Source: Caldisericota bacterium (GTDB lineage: Bacteria > Caldisericota > Caldisericia > JAAYUI01). From it: a stretch of 64,000 nt of DNA. The notes beneath the pieces were generated by a model. It saw nothing but the letters and a program-made list of their open reading frames with translations. It was not told where the DNA came from and ran no database searches. Position 1 is the stretch's first letter. The number at the start of each line of letters is the position of its first letter. The translations under genes were made by a program, and so were the position numbers. Shown here in pieces: positions 8,984 to 18,740 of this stretch. The stretch lies in NCBI GenBank assembly GCA_029548865.1, contig JAKPMO010000015.1, forward strand, positions 80,445 through 144,444, given 5' to 3'.

Positions 8984-10771
8984 GTGCCAAAAGAACAATT
9001 CCAAAGGTTTGACCTAAGGGAATGTTCTCAGTTTCTCTCAGGGAGCGATGCCCTGATAAATCTTCGCTGGATTGCGGCAGGGGCCCTTTTCATAGCTTCT
9101 GCCGCAATATGGGTTTTCCTACCCAGCTTGTGGCCATTCCCGCTCTTAATAATTTCAGCTCTTATTGTATTTTTTAATATTTTTCTCATTTATCTGAGGT
9201 CTTCTTGCCCGGATGGGAACAGATTTTTCACACTTCAAGTTGCCTGCGACTGGATTTTCCTTTTTCTTGTGTGTTTCTGGACCGGCTCTATTTCAAGCCC
9301 TGCTGTGTTTTTATTCCCGATCTATTCCATTCTTGTAGGTTTTTTTCTGCCAAAAAAACTTGCATACCTAATTGCAGGTTTTGGCTCCCTTCTTATCGGG
9401 CTTCTCTCTCTATGGGTCACTTCATCTCCACTGGCCTATGTTATTGGTCAAGCATTTTTCTACATAATAGTTCTGTTTTTCTGCACAACCATTGGCATCT
9501 GGGCATCAGGACAGCTCAGGGAACAGCTTGATCTTTCAGATTTTTTGCGCAAGTCGCTTGAAAAAGAAAACAGCAGGCTTGGCCAGGTGTACAAATCAGC
9601 GCTCGCAATGAACTCTGGCCTTGATCTTCCGAATGTGCTTGCGATCATAACAAAATGCTTCAATGAAACAGGTCTTTCAAATGCCACAGTGATAAGGTTG
9701 TTGTCGGAAGATGGGCTGACCCTTAACATCGCCAGTGCTGAAGGAATCTCGTCCGAATACGCCCAAAGGGGCTCTGTGGCCCTGAAAGATGACGAGATTG
9801 ATTCCGAGGCAATCAAATGCAAATGCCCTGTTTTTGTGAGTGATGTGGCAAAGGACGAGAGATTTCTTTACAAATCAGAAGCAGAGCGTGAAAATCTCAG
9901 ATCCCTGCTGTGCATCCCTTTGTTTAGCAATGAAAAAGCCATTGGCATTATAAGGTGCTACACTTCAGATTACCACGAATTTTCTGATGAAGATGTCGAA
10001 TTTTTAAGTCTTCTTGCCGCCCAGGCAAGCCTTGCCATTTCAAATGCAGTCTCTTATGACAAGATGGTCAAACTCGACAATTCCAGGAACGCTTTTATAA
10101 GAATGGCCACCCACGAGTTGAGGGCGCCCATGGCGGCTGTCCAATCCGTTTTGCAGATAATTCTGGACGGATATGTTGGCGATGTGCCAGAAAACCAGAA
10201 GCAACTTCTTTCCAGGTCAAATAACAGGATAACCCAACTTCTGAGGCTGGTTTCAGAGCTCCTTGAGCTTGAGAAGACAACAAAGACCCAGGACAGCTTC
10301 GAGCCAATAAATCTGAAGGAGCTCCTCTCAAGGATCATCTCAGAAATCGCCCCAAAAGCTGACAGTAAAAAAGTCAGGCTTATAATGTTTACTTGTGGAG
10401 ACAATGTAATCATAAAAGGTATCGAAGAAGCAATTTTCAGGATTTTTGAAAACCTTGTGGACAATGCTGTGAAATATACCCACAGCAGTGGTCAGGTGAC
10501 AATCAGACTTCTTGAGGATGATGGCACAGCAACAATTCAGATTGTCGATAATGGCATTGGGATTCCAGCTGAGTCAATACCAAAACTCTTCTCCGAATTT
10601 TACAGGGCCCCGAATGCAAAGCAAGAACAGGTGCAAGGCACCGGTCTTGGTTTATCAATAGTCAAAAAATTTGTCATCATGCATGGTGGGAGCATATCAG
10701 TATCTTCACAGGTAGATGTCGGGACAACTTTTACTGTAACACTCCCTAAAGATCCCCAGCTGACAATTTAA
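8984..10771 (+). CDS. Membrane sensor histidine kinase (multi-TM + GAF + HisKA + HATPase)
   Basis: About 6 TM helices, GAF (RSLLCIPL...IGII), THELRAP, NLVDNAVKY, DNGIGI, GTGLGLSI. Confidence 0.9.
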   Translation: MPKEQFQRFDLRECSQFLSGSDALINLRWIAAGALFIASAAIWVFLPSLWPFPLLIISALIVFFNIFLIYLRSSCPDGNRFFTLQVACDWIFLFLVCFWTGSISSPAVFLFPIYSILVGFFLPKKLAYLIAGFGSLLIGLLSLWVTSSPLAYVIGQAFFYIIVLFFCTTIGIWASGQLREQLDLSDFLRKSLEKENSRLGQVYKSALAMNSGLDLPNVLAIITKCFNETGLSNATVIRLLSEDGLTLNIASAEGISSEYAQRGSVALKDDEIDSEAIKCKCPVFVSDVAKDERFLYKSEAERENLRSLLCIPLFSNEKAIGIIRCYTSDYHEFSDEDVEFLSLLAAQASLAISNAVSYDKMVKLDNSRNAFIRMATHELRAPMAAVQSVLQIILDGYVGDVPENQKQLLSRSNNRITQLLRLVSELLELEKTTKTQDSFEPINLKELLSRIISEIAPKADSKKVRLIMFTCGDNVIIKGIEEAIFRIFENLVDNAVKYTHSSGQVTIRLLEDDGTATIQIVDNGIGIPAESIPKLFSEFYRAPNAKQEQVQGTGLGLSIVKKFVIMHGGSISVSSQVDVGTTFTVTLPKDPQLTI

Positions 10772-10805
10772 TAATAAAATTCCGATTCAATCAGGTGCGA
10801 ACCGC

Positions 10806-10834
10806 TTGACATTGTACAAATGTTATTTTAGGAT
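10806..10834 (+). promoter_or_regulatory. sigma70-type promoter
   Basis: TTGACA-17 bp-TAGGAT upstream of AGGAGG and ATG 10861. Confidence 0.6.
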
Positions 10835-10860
10835 AAACTTACTTGTTAACAGGAGGTAAT

Positions 10861-12225
10861 ATGCGTCACTTACCACGTGGAATGCCCCTTTATGAGGATT
10901 TGCCAACGGTTTTTCTCAACTGGGAGGAAATGGCACAAAAACTCAGAAGTGACCATTTCTCCGGATATATTAATGTTTCCAGCGATTCAAAAACAGGACT
11001 CATTCTCTTTAGGGAAGGGCGCGTCACCGGTTCCTTGTTCTCGTCTGAAGCAGGAGATATTTCAAGAGGCCAGGATGCACTGACAAAAACAACGCTTGCC
11101 ATTCAGGAAAGAAAAGGTACTCTGTCTATATACCAAACCTCTGCAGATGTCTGCACAATGGTTGAATGGTATTTTGAGGGCAATCAGCTCTACTCGCCAA
11201 TGGAATCTTACTTCATTGATTTCCCCAAATTTATGGAGACCCTTGGGGAAAAGAAGCTGAATGGCCTTGTAAGGATACAATCAGGCGATTTTTCTGAGTT
11301 TATATATGTTGATTCGGGTTCGGTGAGGGGCCATTTTGTTGATGGCCACCCGGAGCTCCAGCCAGCCTCCGAACGTCTCAATGAAACACTCTCTAAAAAA
11401 GGCACATCGGTCGAAATCTTCAAAAGCTCGAGTGGTTCTCAACAAAATCTGGAGCAGGTTTTGACTGTTGTCTCAAAAGTTGTCGAACCAAAACCAGCTC
11501 CCAGGATAGAAACACCGCCACCACCAAAGCAGGCTACACCCGTCATAGAGACAAAGAAGCCGGAGGCTCCAAAACCAGAACCTGTTGTTTCTGCAGCTCC
11601 AAAGGTGGAGGAAGCCCCGCCAAAAGTCGAGTACAAGCCACCCCAAGCTCCAGCAGCAACTCCCACACCTACCCCTGTGGAACCGCCAGTAAAAAAAGTT
11701 GAGCCATCACCAACACCATCAGGAAGGCCAAGGCTTGATTTCTCCAATGAGGATATAGACCCATTCAGGCCACACGGAGAATTCGACGACGAGGTAAAAA
11801 AACCACCCCAGCACGAAGAACCACCAAAGACACCGTCTTTTGCTGCCACCCAGCCGCCACAGCAACAGCCACAAAATATCATGGACCCACCAACCACCCG
11901 CATTCCAGTCAAACCACCAGCCCCGTCCCCATCTTCACCGCAGGCAACTGTTGTAACAGGTCCTTCAGGCAAAGTGGCTTTTTTGCTTGACGGCATAAAA
12001 AAGGTTGCCCAAAGCAATGTTGGAGAGGACATCATTCCATGGCTTGATGGCCAGATATCCAGGATGCAGCAGATTCAGCCTAATCTTGGAAAAAGAGACC
12101 TCCTGTTGCTGGTTGACGAGATTGAAAGATATGTAAGGACTGTAAGGCAGAACCCGGCAAAGGCGACAAAACTCGCCTCCCAGCTCCGTCATATTATTGA
12201 TAGTTTTGCGGCAAATCTTGGGTAG
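10861..12225 (+). CDS. Protein with tandem DUF4388/PATAN-like N-terminal domains, long Pro-rich linker and C-terminal helical domain
   Basis: Two repeats (KLRSDHFSGYINV...GLILFREG; TLGEKKLNGLVRI...EFIYVDSG), Pro/Glu/Lys-rich spacer; SD AGGAGG before ATG 10861. Confidence 0.65.
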   Translation: MRHLPRGMPLYEDLPTVFLNWEEMAQKLRSDHFSGYINVSSDSKTGLILFREGRVTGSLFSSEAGDISRGQDALTKTTLAIQERKGTLSIYQTSADVCTMVEWYFEGNQLYSPMESYFIDFPKFMETLGEKKLNGLVRIQSGDFSEFIYVDSGSVRGHFVDGHPELQPASERLNETLSKKGTSVEIFKSSSGSQQNLEQVLTVVSKVVEPKPAPRIETPPPPKQATPVIETKKPEAPKPEPVVSAAPKVEEAPPKVEYKPPQAPAATPTPTPVEPPVKKVEPSPTPSGRPRLDFSNEDIDPFRPHGEFDDEVKKPPQHEEPPKTPSFAATQPPQQQPQNIMDPPTTRIPVKPPAPSPSSPQATVVTGPSGKVAFLLDGIKKVAQSNVGEDIIPWLDGQISRMQQIQPNLGKRDLLLLVDEIERYVRTVRQNPAKATKLASQLRHIIDSFAANLG

Positions 12226-12238
12226 TTCCGAAACAAAC

Positions 12239-12270
12239 AAAAAGGCCCGGCCTGGACCGGGCCTTTTTTT
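12239..12270. terminator. Bidirectional intrinsic terminator
   Basis: AAAAAGGCCCGG-cctgga-CCGGGCCTTTTTTT between convergent genes. Confidence 0.85.
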
Positions 12271-14830
12271 ATTTCTCAGGTTCTTCCTGAGTGCTCTCTT
12301 TGGGTATCATTGACTCATCAATGCCAATTCCAAGGTTCTCAACTATTTGCTCAATCCTATCAACAGCAATCACTACCGGGAGGTTCTTGCCTACCTCTTC
12401 CTGAGAGGCCTCGACAGATTCCATTTCATGGGTTGTATCCTTGAGCAACATGTCAAGATAATCCCATTTGTTTTCTTTCGGAATAAATATTTTGTCGATG
12501 CCTTTCCCATATGTTGCCTCGACTTTTTCCTTTATTCCGCCGACTGGCATCACTTTTCCATGCATTGATATCTCGCCAGTCATGGTGACATTTTTGGGTA
12601 TCGTTTTGCCTGTGAATGCGGAGATCATTGAGCAGGCAAGAGCGACTCCAGCCGAAGGGCCATCATACTTCGGGAGCCAGCCAGGAACATCAACGTGTAT
12701 GTCCATATCAGGATTTTGAACAAGACCATGGCTCTCAAGGTGCCTCTTGAAGAAGGCATAGGCCACTTCAATGCTGTTTTGGAAAGATTCGCCAAGGTTG
12801 CCGGTCACAAGTAATCCGCCACCACCTGGGATGTAGGAGACTTCAAGCGTTCCAAGAGACCCTCTTGAGAAAAGCCTCTCCGGCGGTTTTGCAGGATCAG
12901 GGCTTCTCACTATCTGGGGAGCATACACTGCAAGCACCCTGCATTCTCCAGGGTTTTCAGATTCTAGAGCCACAAAATCTTTTTTTCTGAGTCTCCCCTG
13001 TATTGACGAGACAAGCGCCTGCGACTCGTTCTTTCTGTTTGCCTCTTCATAAAGTTCAGCCAAATATTCCAGCGCTTCAGGTACTTTCTCCCCCATCACC
13101 CTGAGGTATTCGGCATACTTTATTGCAGAAGTCAGGAAGTCTTCCGAGGAGAAAAGAAGGTTTTTGTAGAGCTGGTGGTATGACCTGGATATCCAGAAAT
13201 CGCAAAGTATTGAAACAGTCTGGAATTTCTGGGCCGTGTCATTGAACTGTCTGATCGCATCAAGATACTGGTGGTTTATATAGAAGACGTGGCCAAGATA
13301 ATAAGAGGCTTCCATGTTCCTTGGGTTAATAGATATGGCCTGCATGAAATACCTCATGGCTTGCTCGAGGGCATAATCAGAACCAATTATCTTTGCTTCT
13401 TTGAGGTAAATCTTTGCAAGCATTGTAACGACCCTGGGGTCAGATGGCAAAATAGTCCTTGCCTTCTCCAGCATTTCCTCTGCTTCTTCTATCCACCCAT
13501 ATTTTATCGCTATCTCTGAAGCCCTCATCATCGCATCTACAGCAATGCTTGGGTCTACAACCACCATGTTCACAATTTTTCTGTATCTCTCGTAGGCTTC
13601 GATGTCGTTTTGCTCATCATCATTTATCTTTGCGATCTGGAACTGGGCATAAACATGATCCGGCCTTATTTCTAAGGCCTTCATGTAATACTGGTACGCC
13701 CTCTCGTCTTTGAATCCCTGCAATAGCACGCCCATCTGGTAATACGCATCCGGGTTTCCGGGCGCCTGCGCTATGAGCCTCTGCATGCAACTTATTGAAT
13801 TTTCCTTCAAGAATTTCTTTAGCTCGTCAAGTTTGTCTTTGTTGTCCGAAAGCGAAATTCCAACCCTGCTTTCAATTGACGATATGAGGTCATTATTTAT
13901 CTGCGCAAGTGAAGCGCTGAAGTCAGGGCCGTCACCTTGTGGATCAAGCCACATTCTCATGACGTTTCTCGCAAGACCAATATTGTCAAAATAGCAACAG
14001 AGAGCATGTATTGTATTTATTACCGGTTTCTCTGTCTCTGACAGCAAAGCGATGAGTTTTTCGAAAACCTCCTTGTTGTGGAGAGGGATCGTATATTCGA
14101 GGTGAAGGCGCATTATTTCAACAAAAATGAAGGGTTCAGTGATATTGGCCTTTATTGACGCATCAACAATCTTGCTCATGGATTCTGCTGATGGCGCAAA
14201 TTTAGCCGACCCAAGGAAAAATACCCTGTAGGCTAGCATGTTGGAGGGGTCTTTTTTGAGGGATTGGGTTATGAGCTTTTGTGCTTCCTCCCAATTTTCT
14301 TTTTGGTCGCCCTTTGTTGCCATAGTCAGGGCTGCTATGGCTATTTCAGCATTTGGCTGGTCTTTTAAAACCTTCAAATCTTCTATTACTTTCAGGAGTT
14401 TTTCCTGGTTGTCAGTGGTTGCATAAAGATCGCCTGCCATCCAGAGTGTTTCGACTGTCCGGCCCTTGTCTTTCTCATAGCTTTCAATCTCTTCACTGGC
14501 TTTGTCAGGCTGGTCTTTTTCTTTAAAAATAAGCAGTTTGCGTCTCAGGTCTTGCAGGTCTTCCGGTTTGATGTCCAAAAGTATTTTTTCAAATTGTGCA
14601 GCTTTTTCCTTGTCTCCCATCTCTTTGTAGGAACGATATGATATTTCTGCAATTTTAAACGAGCCAGGAAACTTTTGCTGTATCTGGGCAAGGAAATTCA
14701 AAAGGGCCCCCCTGCCTTCGGGAAGCCCTTTAAGGAACTCGGCCAGGTCAATCGCCCGGCTGACATCCTGCTGATTTTCTTCAAAACGGCTCTCTAGTCT
14801 GCCAAGCAATCTCCACTGTTCTGCGTTCAT
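12269..14830 (-). CDS. TPR-repeat protein fused to a C-terminal Lon (S16) proteolytic domain
   Basis: Multiple TPRs (AYYQMG...KALEIRPD; ASYYLG), then LLVTGNLGESFQNS, IHVDVP, DGPSAG (catalytic Ser), MTGEISMHGKVMPVGGIKEK (catalytic Lys); no Walker A/B. Confidence 0.85.
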   Translation of the reverse strand: MNAEQWRLLGRLESRFEENQQDVSRAIDLAEFLKGLPEGRGALLNFLAQIQQKFPGSFKIAEISYRSYKEMGDKEKAAQFEKILLDIKPEDLQDLRRKLLIFKEKDQPDKASEEIESYEKDKGRTVETLWMAGDLYATTDNQEKLLKVIEDLKVLKDQPNAEIAIAALTMATKGDQKENWEEAQKLITQSLKKDPSNMLAYRVFFLGSAKFAPSAESMSKIVDASIKANITEPFIFVEIMRLHLEYTIPLHNKEVFEKLIALLSETEKPVINTIHALCCYFDNIGLARNVMRMWLDPQGDGPDFSASLAQINNDLISSIESRVGISLSDNKDKLDELKKFLKENSISCMQRLIAQAPGNPDAYYQMGVLLQGFKDERAYQYYMKALEIRPDHVYAQFQIAKINDDEQNDIEAYERYRKIVNMVVVDPSIAVDAMMRASEIAIKYGWIEEAEEMLEKARTILPSDPRVVTMLAKIYLKEAKIIGSDYALEQAMRYFMQAISINPRNMEASYYLGHVFYINHQYLDAIRQFNDTAQKFQTVSILCDFWISRSYHQLYKNLLFSSEDFLTSAIKYAEYLRVMGEKVPEALEYLAELYEEANRKNESQALVSSIQGRLRKKDFVALESENPGECRVLAVYAPQIVRSPDPAKPPERLFSRGSLGTLEVSYIPGGGGLLVTGNLGESFQNSIEVAYAFFKRHLESHGLVQNPDMDIHVDVPGWLPKYDGPSAGVALACSMISAFTGKTIPKNVTMTGEISMHGKVMPVGGIKEKVEATYGKGIDKIFIPKENKWDYLDMLLKDTTHEMESVEASQEEVGKNLPVVIAVDRIEQIVENLGIGIDESMIPKESTQEEPEK

Positions 14831-15603
14831 TGTGTTATTTTCACCTTTATTATTTTGGCCTGTTCAATATTTTTTGGCCTTGATTTCTCAGTTGGATCAA
14901 TATTGTATTTGTTCTTTTCACCCTGCTCCACTGTCTCGAGCTTTGCCAACTCCTCCACGACATTTGCACCATCAATAATTTTACCAAAAACTGTGTCTTT
15001 GCCATCCAGAGATTTCTGGTCAGAAAGGAGCATATAGAACTGGGTTTTTGACAAACCAGATTTTGTCACATTGCCCTTGCTGTCTTTCTCTTCCATGGCA
15101 GGAGCGCACACGGAATACTTTGCATGAGTAACTTCATTGCTTACATATTCTATTACATCATAGGCGCCAACACCCTGTGGTCTCTTGTCAGTTTCAGGGT
15201 ATCCGCCCTGTATCTTCATGCCCGGCAGGATTTCGTGGAAATAGGAATTATCATAAAGCCCTGCTTCGGCATTCTTTACAAAATTGTTCACAACAGAAAG
15301 CGCATTGTCATAGTCCAGCTGTATTGTAAAGGACCCTTTTGTGGTTTCTACAACAGCCTTTGTCTTTTTCTCTTCTTCTTTTGTGGTGTTGCCATTTGAA
15401 GAGCATGAAGAAATGAGTATTGCAACCAAAACAACGACGGCCACTGCCGCAAGAGAAATGCCACCAATTGTAAAAATTTTCTTTCTGAGCAACTTGTCTT
15501 TTTGGGCTCTTGCCTGTTTTTCCTGCTTTACGATCTTCTCCAGTTCAGCTTTCGATTTGACTTTTTTCGATTTTTCAAGGATTTCTCTGCTTTTCTTGTC
15601 CAT
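14827..15603 (-). CDS. Membrane-anchored cyclophilin-family protein
   Basis: N-terminal TM, ETTKGSFTIQL, NNFV, GLYDNSYFHEILPGMKIQGG, LDGKDTVFGKIIDG. Confidence 0.8.
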   Translation of the reverse strand: MDKKSREILEKSKKVKSKAELEKIVKQEKQARAQKDKLLRKKIFTIGGISLAAVAVVVLVAILISSCSSNGNTTKEEEKKTKAVVETTKGSFTIQLDYDNALSVVNNFVKNAEAGLYDNSYFHEILPGMKIQGGYPETDKRPQGVGAYDVIEYVSNEVTHAKYSVCAPAMEEKDSKGNVTKSGLSKTQFYMLLSDQKSLDGKDTVFGKIIDGANVVEELAKLETVEQGEKNKYNIDPTEKSRPKNIEQAKIIKVKITQ

Positions 15604-16429
15604 CTGGCTCCTCCAGTATTGTAGTAACTACTCTGTAAAAATACTCACCAAGTCCCATTTTTGCAAGGAACTTGAAAATCCCCGGATATGGCACCCCTTC
15701 ATACAGGAGTACCCTTAACCCTGAGGCAGAAATTATCTTTTTCGCTTTCTTAAAAGACATGTGGTTCACATATTCAATCTTTTTTGAGTCCAGCGAACCG
15801 GCCCTGAAAATATACCTTTCATCATCTACCAATGTCCTGTATGCACCAAGGAGTGTCTTTTCGCTAAAGAACAGGTGTGCGAAGGGGAACCTTATTGCAT
15901 CGGTAAGGTGGTGGCCACCGGGTCTGCCCCAGGTTGTGAATGACATTACAACTTTTCCACCGGGTCTGAGCACCCTTCTGGCTTCTTTTAACATCAATAC
16001 CGGATCTTTCACATGTTCGAAAGCATCAAACGCAAAAACCAGGTCAAAAGATTTGTCCGGGAAAGGCAATGACATTGCGTCCCCTGCCACAAACTTGCAA
16101 TTTTTGGCTCTCCTTATTGCTGCAAAGTCATCTGCCATTGCTACAAATTCCTGGCCAATATCAACACCGGTTACGGATTTTGCGCCAAGATCGAGGAGAT
16201 AGACAGCTTTCCCTCCGGCGCCACAACAATCATCAAGGATGTCTTTGTCCTTAACAAGCTCCTCGACTGCAAAATCTGATGGAAAATATCCGATTGTCTT
16301 CTTTGCCAGATCGTACTCCCAGGCCGCGTATGAACCCTTGTTTTCTTTTTCGAGGTCCAAGGGGTGTTTCTGTCCTTTTGGAAACAGCTTGTTGATGCCA
16401 AGTAGAAGCTTTACGGGGAGGCTTGCCAT
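15575..16429 (-). CDS. Class I SAM-dependent methyltransferase
   Basis: ILDDCCGAGG, VTGVDI, GDAMSLPFPDKSFDLV, FEHV, RVLRPGG. Confidence 0.88.
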   Translation of the reverse strand: MASLPVKLLLGINKLFPKGQKHPLDLEKENKGSYAAWEYDLAKKTIGYFPSDFAVEELVKDKDILDDCCGAGGKAVYLLDLGAKSVTGVDIGQEFVAMADDFAAIRRAKNCKFVAGDAMSLPFPDKSFDLVFAFDAFEHVKDPVLMLKEARRVLRPGGKVVMSFTTWGRPGGHHLTDAIRFPFAHLFFSEKTLLGAYRTLVDDERYIFRAGSLDSKKIEYVNHMSFKKAKKIISASGLRVLLYEGVPYPGIFKFLAKMGLGEYFYRVVTTILEEPDGQEKQRNP

Positions 16430-16443
16430 TCTCTGGATTCTAA

Positions 16444-17166
16444 CTACAGTCCGATTACATGTAAAGTAGAATGAAGGTTTTTTTCAAACTTTCTTTCCAG
16501 TGCTCTTGCAAGAAGTGTGCACACACCCTTGACCAGTTTTTCGTCCATCTCCCAGTTTTTCCAGTCTGCATATTGCATTCTTCTCAATGCTCCTATCGCA
16601 AACCCGGGAACGCTTGGCATGCCAGGTTTTGCGCACTCACCACATAGAAAGGATGTTGACCCATAGTCAAAAAAAGCCCCTCCATCTATACTCTCGGAGC
16701 AAAGCGAGCAATACTGTGTGTCAATCGGGTATCCCAAAAGCGCAAAAAAACCTGATAGAAAAAGGCCCATTGAATAAAGCGGATTCTTTGATGTGTCTAG
16801 GCACTCAAAGCTGTTCAGAAGCAATTCATATATGCCACTTTCTTCTATATTCTGGGGCACAAAAAAGCAAACGGCCTCTGAAATAAACTCGCTTACAGCA
16901 GATTTTTCAAATGATGTACCAAAACTTGAATAGTATTTTTGGAGCGACAGCGATGTTATCGTGAATCTCTGCGATCTTTCGTAAAGCTCGCAGTCAACAA
17001 TGGAAACGGGCTCTGTTACACAGGCCCACCTTGTTTTTGTGTCCTTTGCCTTACGTATTTTTGCCTCAATAACGGTGTCAGAATCAGTTACAAGCACAAG
17101 CTGCTTGTCTGCATCGCCAAAGGTCTTCTTGGCAAGTATTATCGCCTCGGACTTGATATACGGCAC
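16444..17166 (-). CDS. recO: DNA repair protein RecO
   Basis: EAIILAKKTFGDADK N-terminal OB fold; Zn-finger CSLC...LCGEC; GTG start. Confidence 0.85.
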   Translation of the reverse strand: MPYIKSEAIILAKKTFGDADKQLVLVTDSDTVIEAKIRKAKDTKTRWACVTEPVSIVDCELYERSQRFTITSLSLQKYYSSFGTSFEKSAVSEFISEAVCFFVPQNIEESGIYELLLNSFECLDTSKNPLYSMGLFLSGFFALLGYPIDTQYCSLCSESIDGGAFFDYGSTSFLCGECAKPGMPSVPGFAIGALRRMQYADWKNWEMDEKLVKGVCTLLARALERKFEKNLHSTLHVIGL

Positions 17167-17233
17167 GTTTCGATGATAAACCCTGTTTAAAAAATGGACA
17201 AGAGATGTATAATGGTTTTTAAGGAGGCCTCAA

Positions 17234-17527
17234 ATGGACAAGTTTTCAAAAAAACTCACCGATGACGAGATAAGGCTGAAATTTATCAGGATCCCAAAGG
17301 GCAAAGAAAAACTCTTTAAAAAAGACGACTTTAAAACCAGTTTCAATGAGGGTGAATTTATTGCCTATATTTACCCGGTAGAATCCAAAAGCATGGGCCC
17401 AAACATGAAAACCTACGAATACCAGCTCAAATTCAGGGACCCGCAACCGCCGATTTTTATATTCAACGAAACGCTGGAGTTCACAACCTTTGATTCAGGG
17501 GAAACGTGGCTCATAAGCTTTGCGTGA
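17234..17527 (+). CDS. Small hypothetical protein, possibly B3/EcoRII-N-like DNA-binding fold
   Basis: Strong SD AAGGAGG, TATAAT upstream, 97 aa; FSKKLTDDE...IRIPK. Confidence 0.6.
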   Translation: MDKFSKKLTDDEIRLKFIRIPKGKEKLFKKDDFKTSFNEGEFIAYIYPVESKSMGPNMKTYEYQLKFRDPQPPIFIFNETLEFTTFDSGETWLISFA

Positions 17528-17587
17528 CAATTGTTGACGATTTGTTTCCAAATTGTTTATATCTACTGTGAGTATGTGGAGAACTAT

Positions 17588-18658
17588 TTATTTTCTAAGT
17601 CCATAAATGGTTCTTGGGCTCCAAGTTATTACATGTCCTTGTGAAAAACTCACCCCGAGCAAGCTGTCACCTTGCACTTCTTCGAATGTTCCCTTTACTT
17701 TACCGGTGCAATCAACACAAAACAGCATTTTCCCTTTTGTTAGATAAAGGGAGCTGCCCTCGGTTGTGAAAGTTTCCGGCTCCTCCGGCAAGTCAAACGA
17801 TGTCTCTTCCTTGCCAGTGGCAGAATCAAAAAGGGTCGCCTTTTTACCCTCTAAAACCACCACCTTGCCCTGGCAGACAAGCGGGTGGAACTTTAGGGGT
17901 GCCTTGCTTGTGGATAGTTTCCCTGAAGTCCACACAAGCTCGCCAGAATTGTGTCTTATGGCGGAAACAAAGGGTCCTGGCATTGCAAGATAGAGGTTCT
18001 TGTCATCGATTGTAAATCTTCCATCAGGAAGCACCCATCTCTCGTTTTTCCAGACGAGCTTGCCTGTGCTCTTGTTGTAGGCTTCAATCCTTGAGCCAAG
18101 CGTCCTGACAAGAACCTTGTCATACATGTTGACTGTTTCACCAAAACCCTCGTACCTGCTCTTTTGCTTCCAGTTGCCTATGCCCGAACCAGCATTGATG
18201 CAATACAAAAAACCTGAGGCAGTTCCGGCATAAATCTGGTTGTAATCGTATGATGGCTCAAAAAAACTCGCCGGGCCAAGATTGGTTTGTTCAGTTTGGA
18301 ACTTCCACACCTCATATCCTGAAACCAGCTCAAACGCCTTGAGGGAGTCAGAACAATAAACGATTAGTCTGGATCCTGCGAATACTGGAGGGAAATTGGT
18401 CTCATTCGTTGGTTTTTCGTCTTGCTCAATATGCCAGACCGGTACACCATCGGCCTCATTCAGAAGGGCCACTTCGACACCATTGAGACCGCAGCAAGCA
18501 ACATATTTTCCATTTCCCCTCACGGTCGTGGAGAGAGGTTCTGCAAGGTCGCTCCAAGCCCAGGAGAGCGAGAGGAATGGCAAATTGTCACCATTTTCCC
18601 CACCCGAACATGACGCAAAAAGGCATACGATGGCCATTAATGCAAGGATTTTTTTCAT
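17588..18658 (-). CDS. PQQ-like beta-propeller repeat lipoprotein (BamB-like)
   Basis: Lipobox LFASC; repeated A-x-D/N-xx-(T/S)G-xxx-W blades. Confidence 0.8.
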   Translation of the reverse strand: MKKILALMAIVCLFASCSGGENGDNLPFLSLSWAWSDLAEPLSTTVRGNGKYVACCGLNGVEVALLNEADGVPVWHIEQDEKPTNETNFPPVFAGSRLIVYCSDSLKAFELVSGYEVWKFQTEQTNLGPASFFEPSYDYNQIYAGTASGFLYCINAGSGIGNWKQKSRYEGFGETVNMYDKVLVRTLGSRIEAYNKSTGKLVWKNERWVLPDGRFTIDDKNLYLAMPGPFVSAIRHNSGELVWTSGKLSTSKAPLKFHPLVCQGKVVVLEGKKATLFDSATGKEETSFDLPEEPETFTTEGSSLYLTKGKMLFCVDCTGKVKGTFEEVQGDSLLGVSFSQGHVITWSPRTIYGLRK

Positions 18659-18740
18659 TTATACGCAATATTATTTTACTTAACGTCTTATGTAAACCCT
18701 AATTGTATTTAGCCTGCCCAACCAATATGATGAACTGGAT

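Noticed and set aside
11439..12035. 198-aa Gly-rich minus-strand ORF
   Set aside because: Mirror of the proline-rich (CCN) linker on the plus strand
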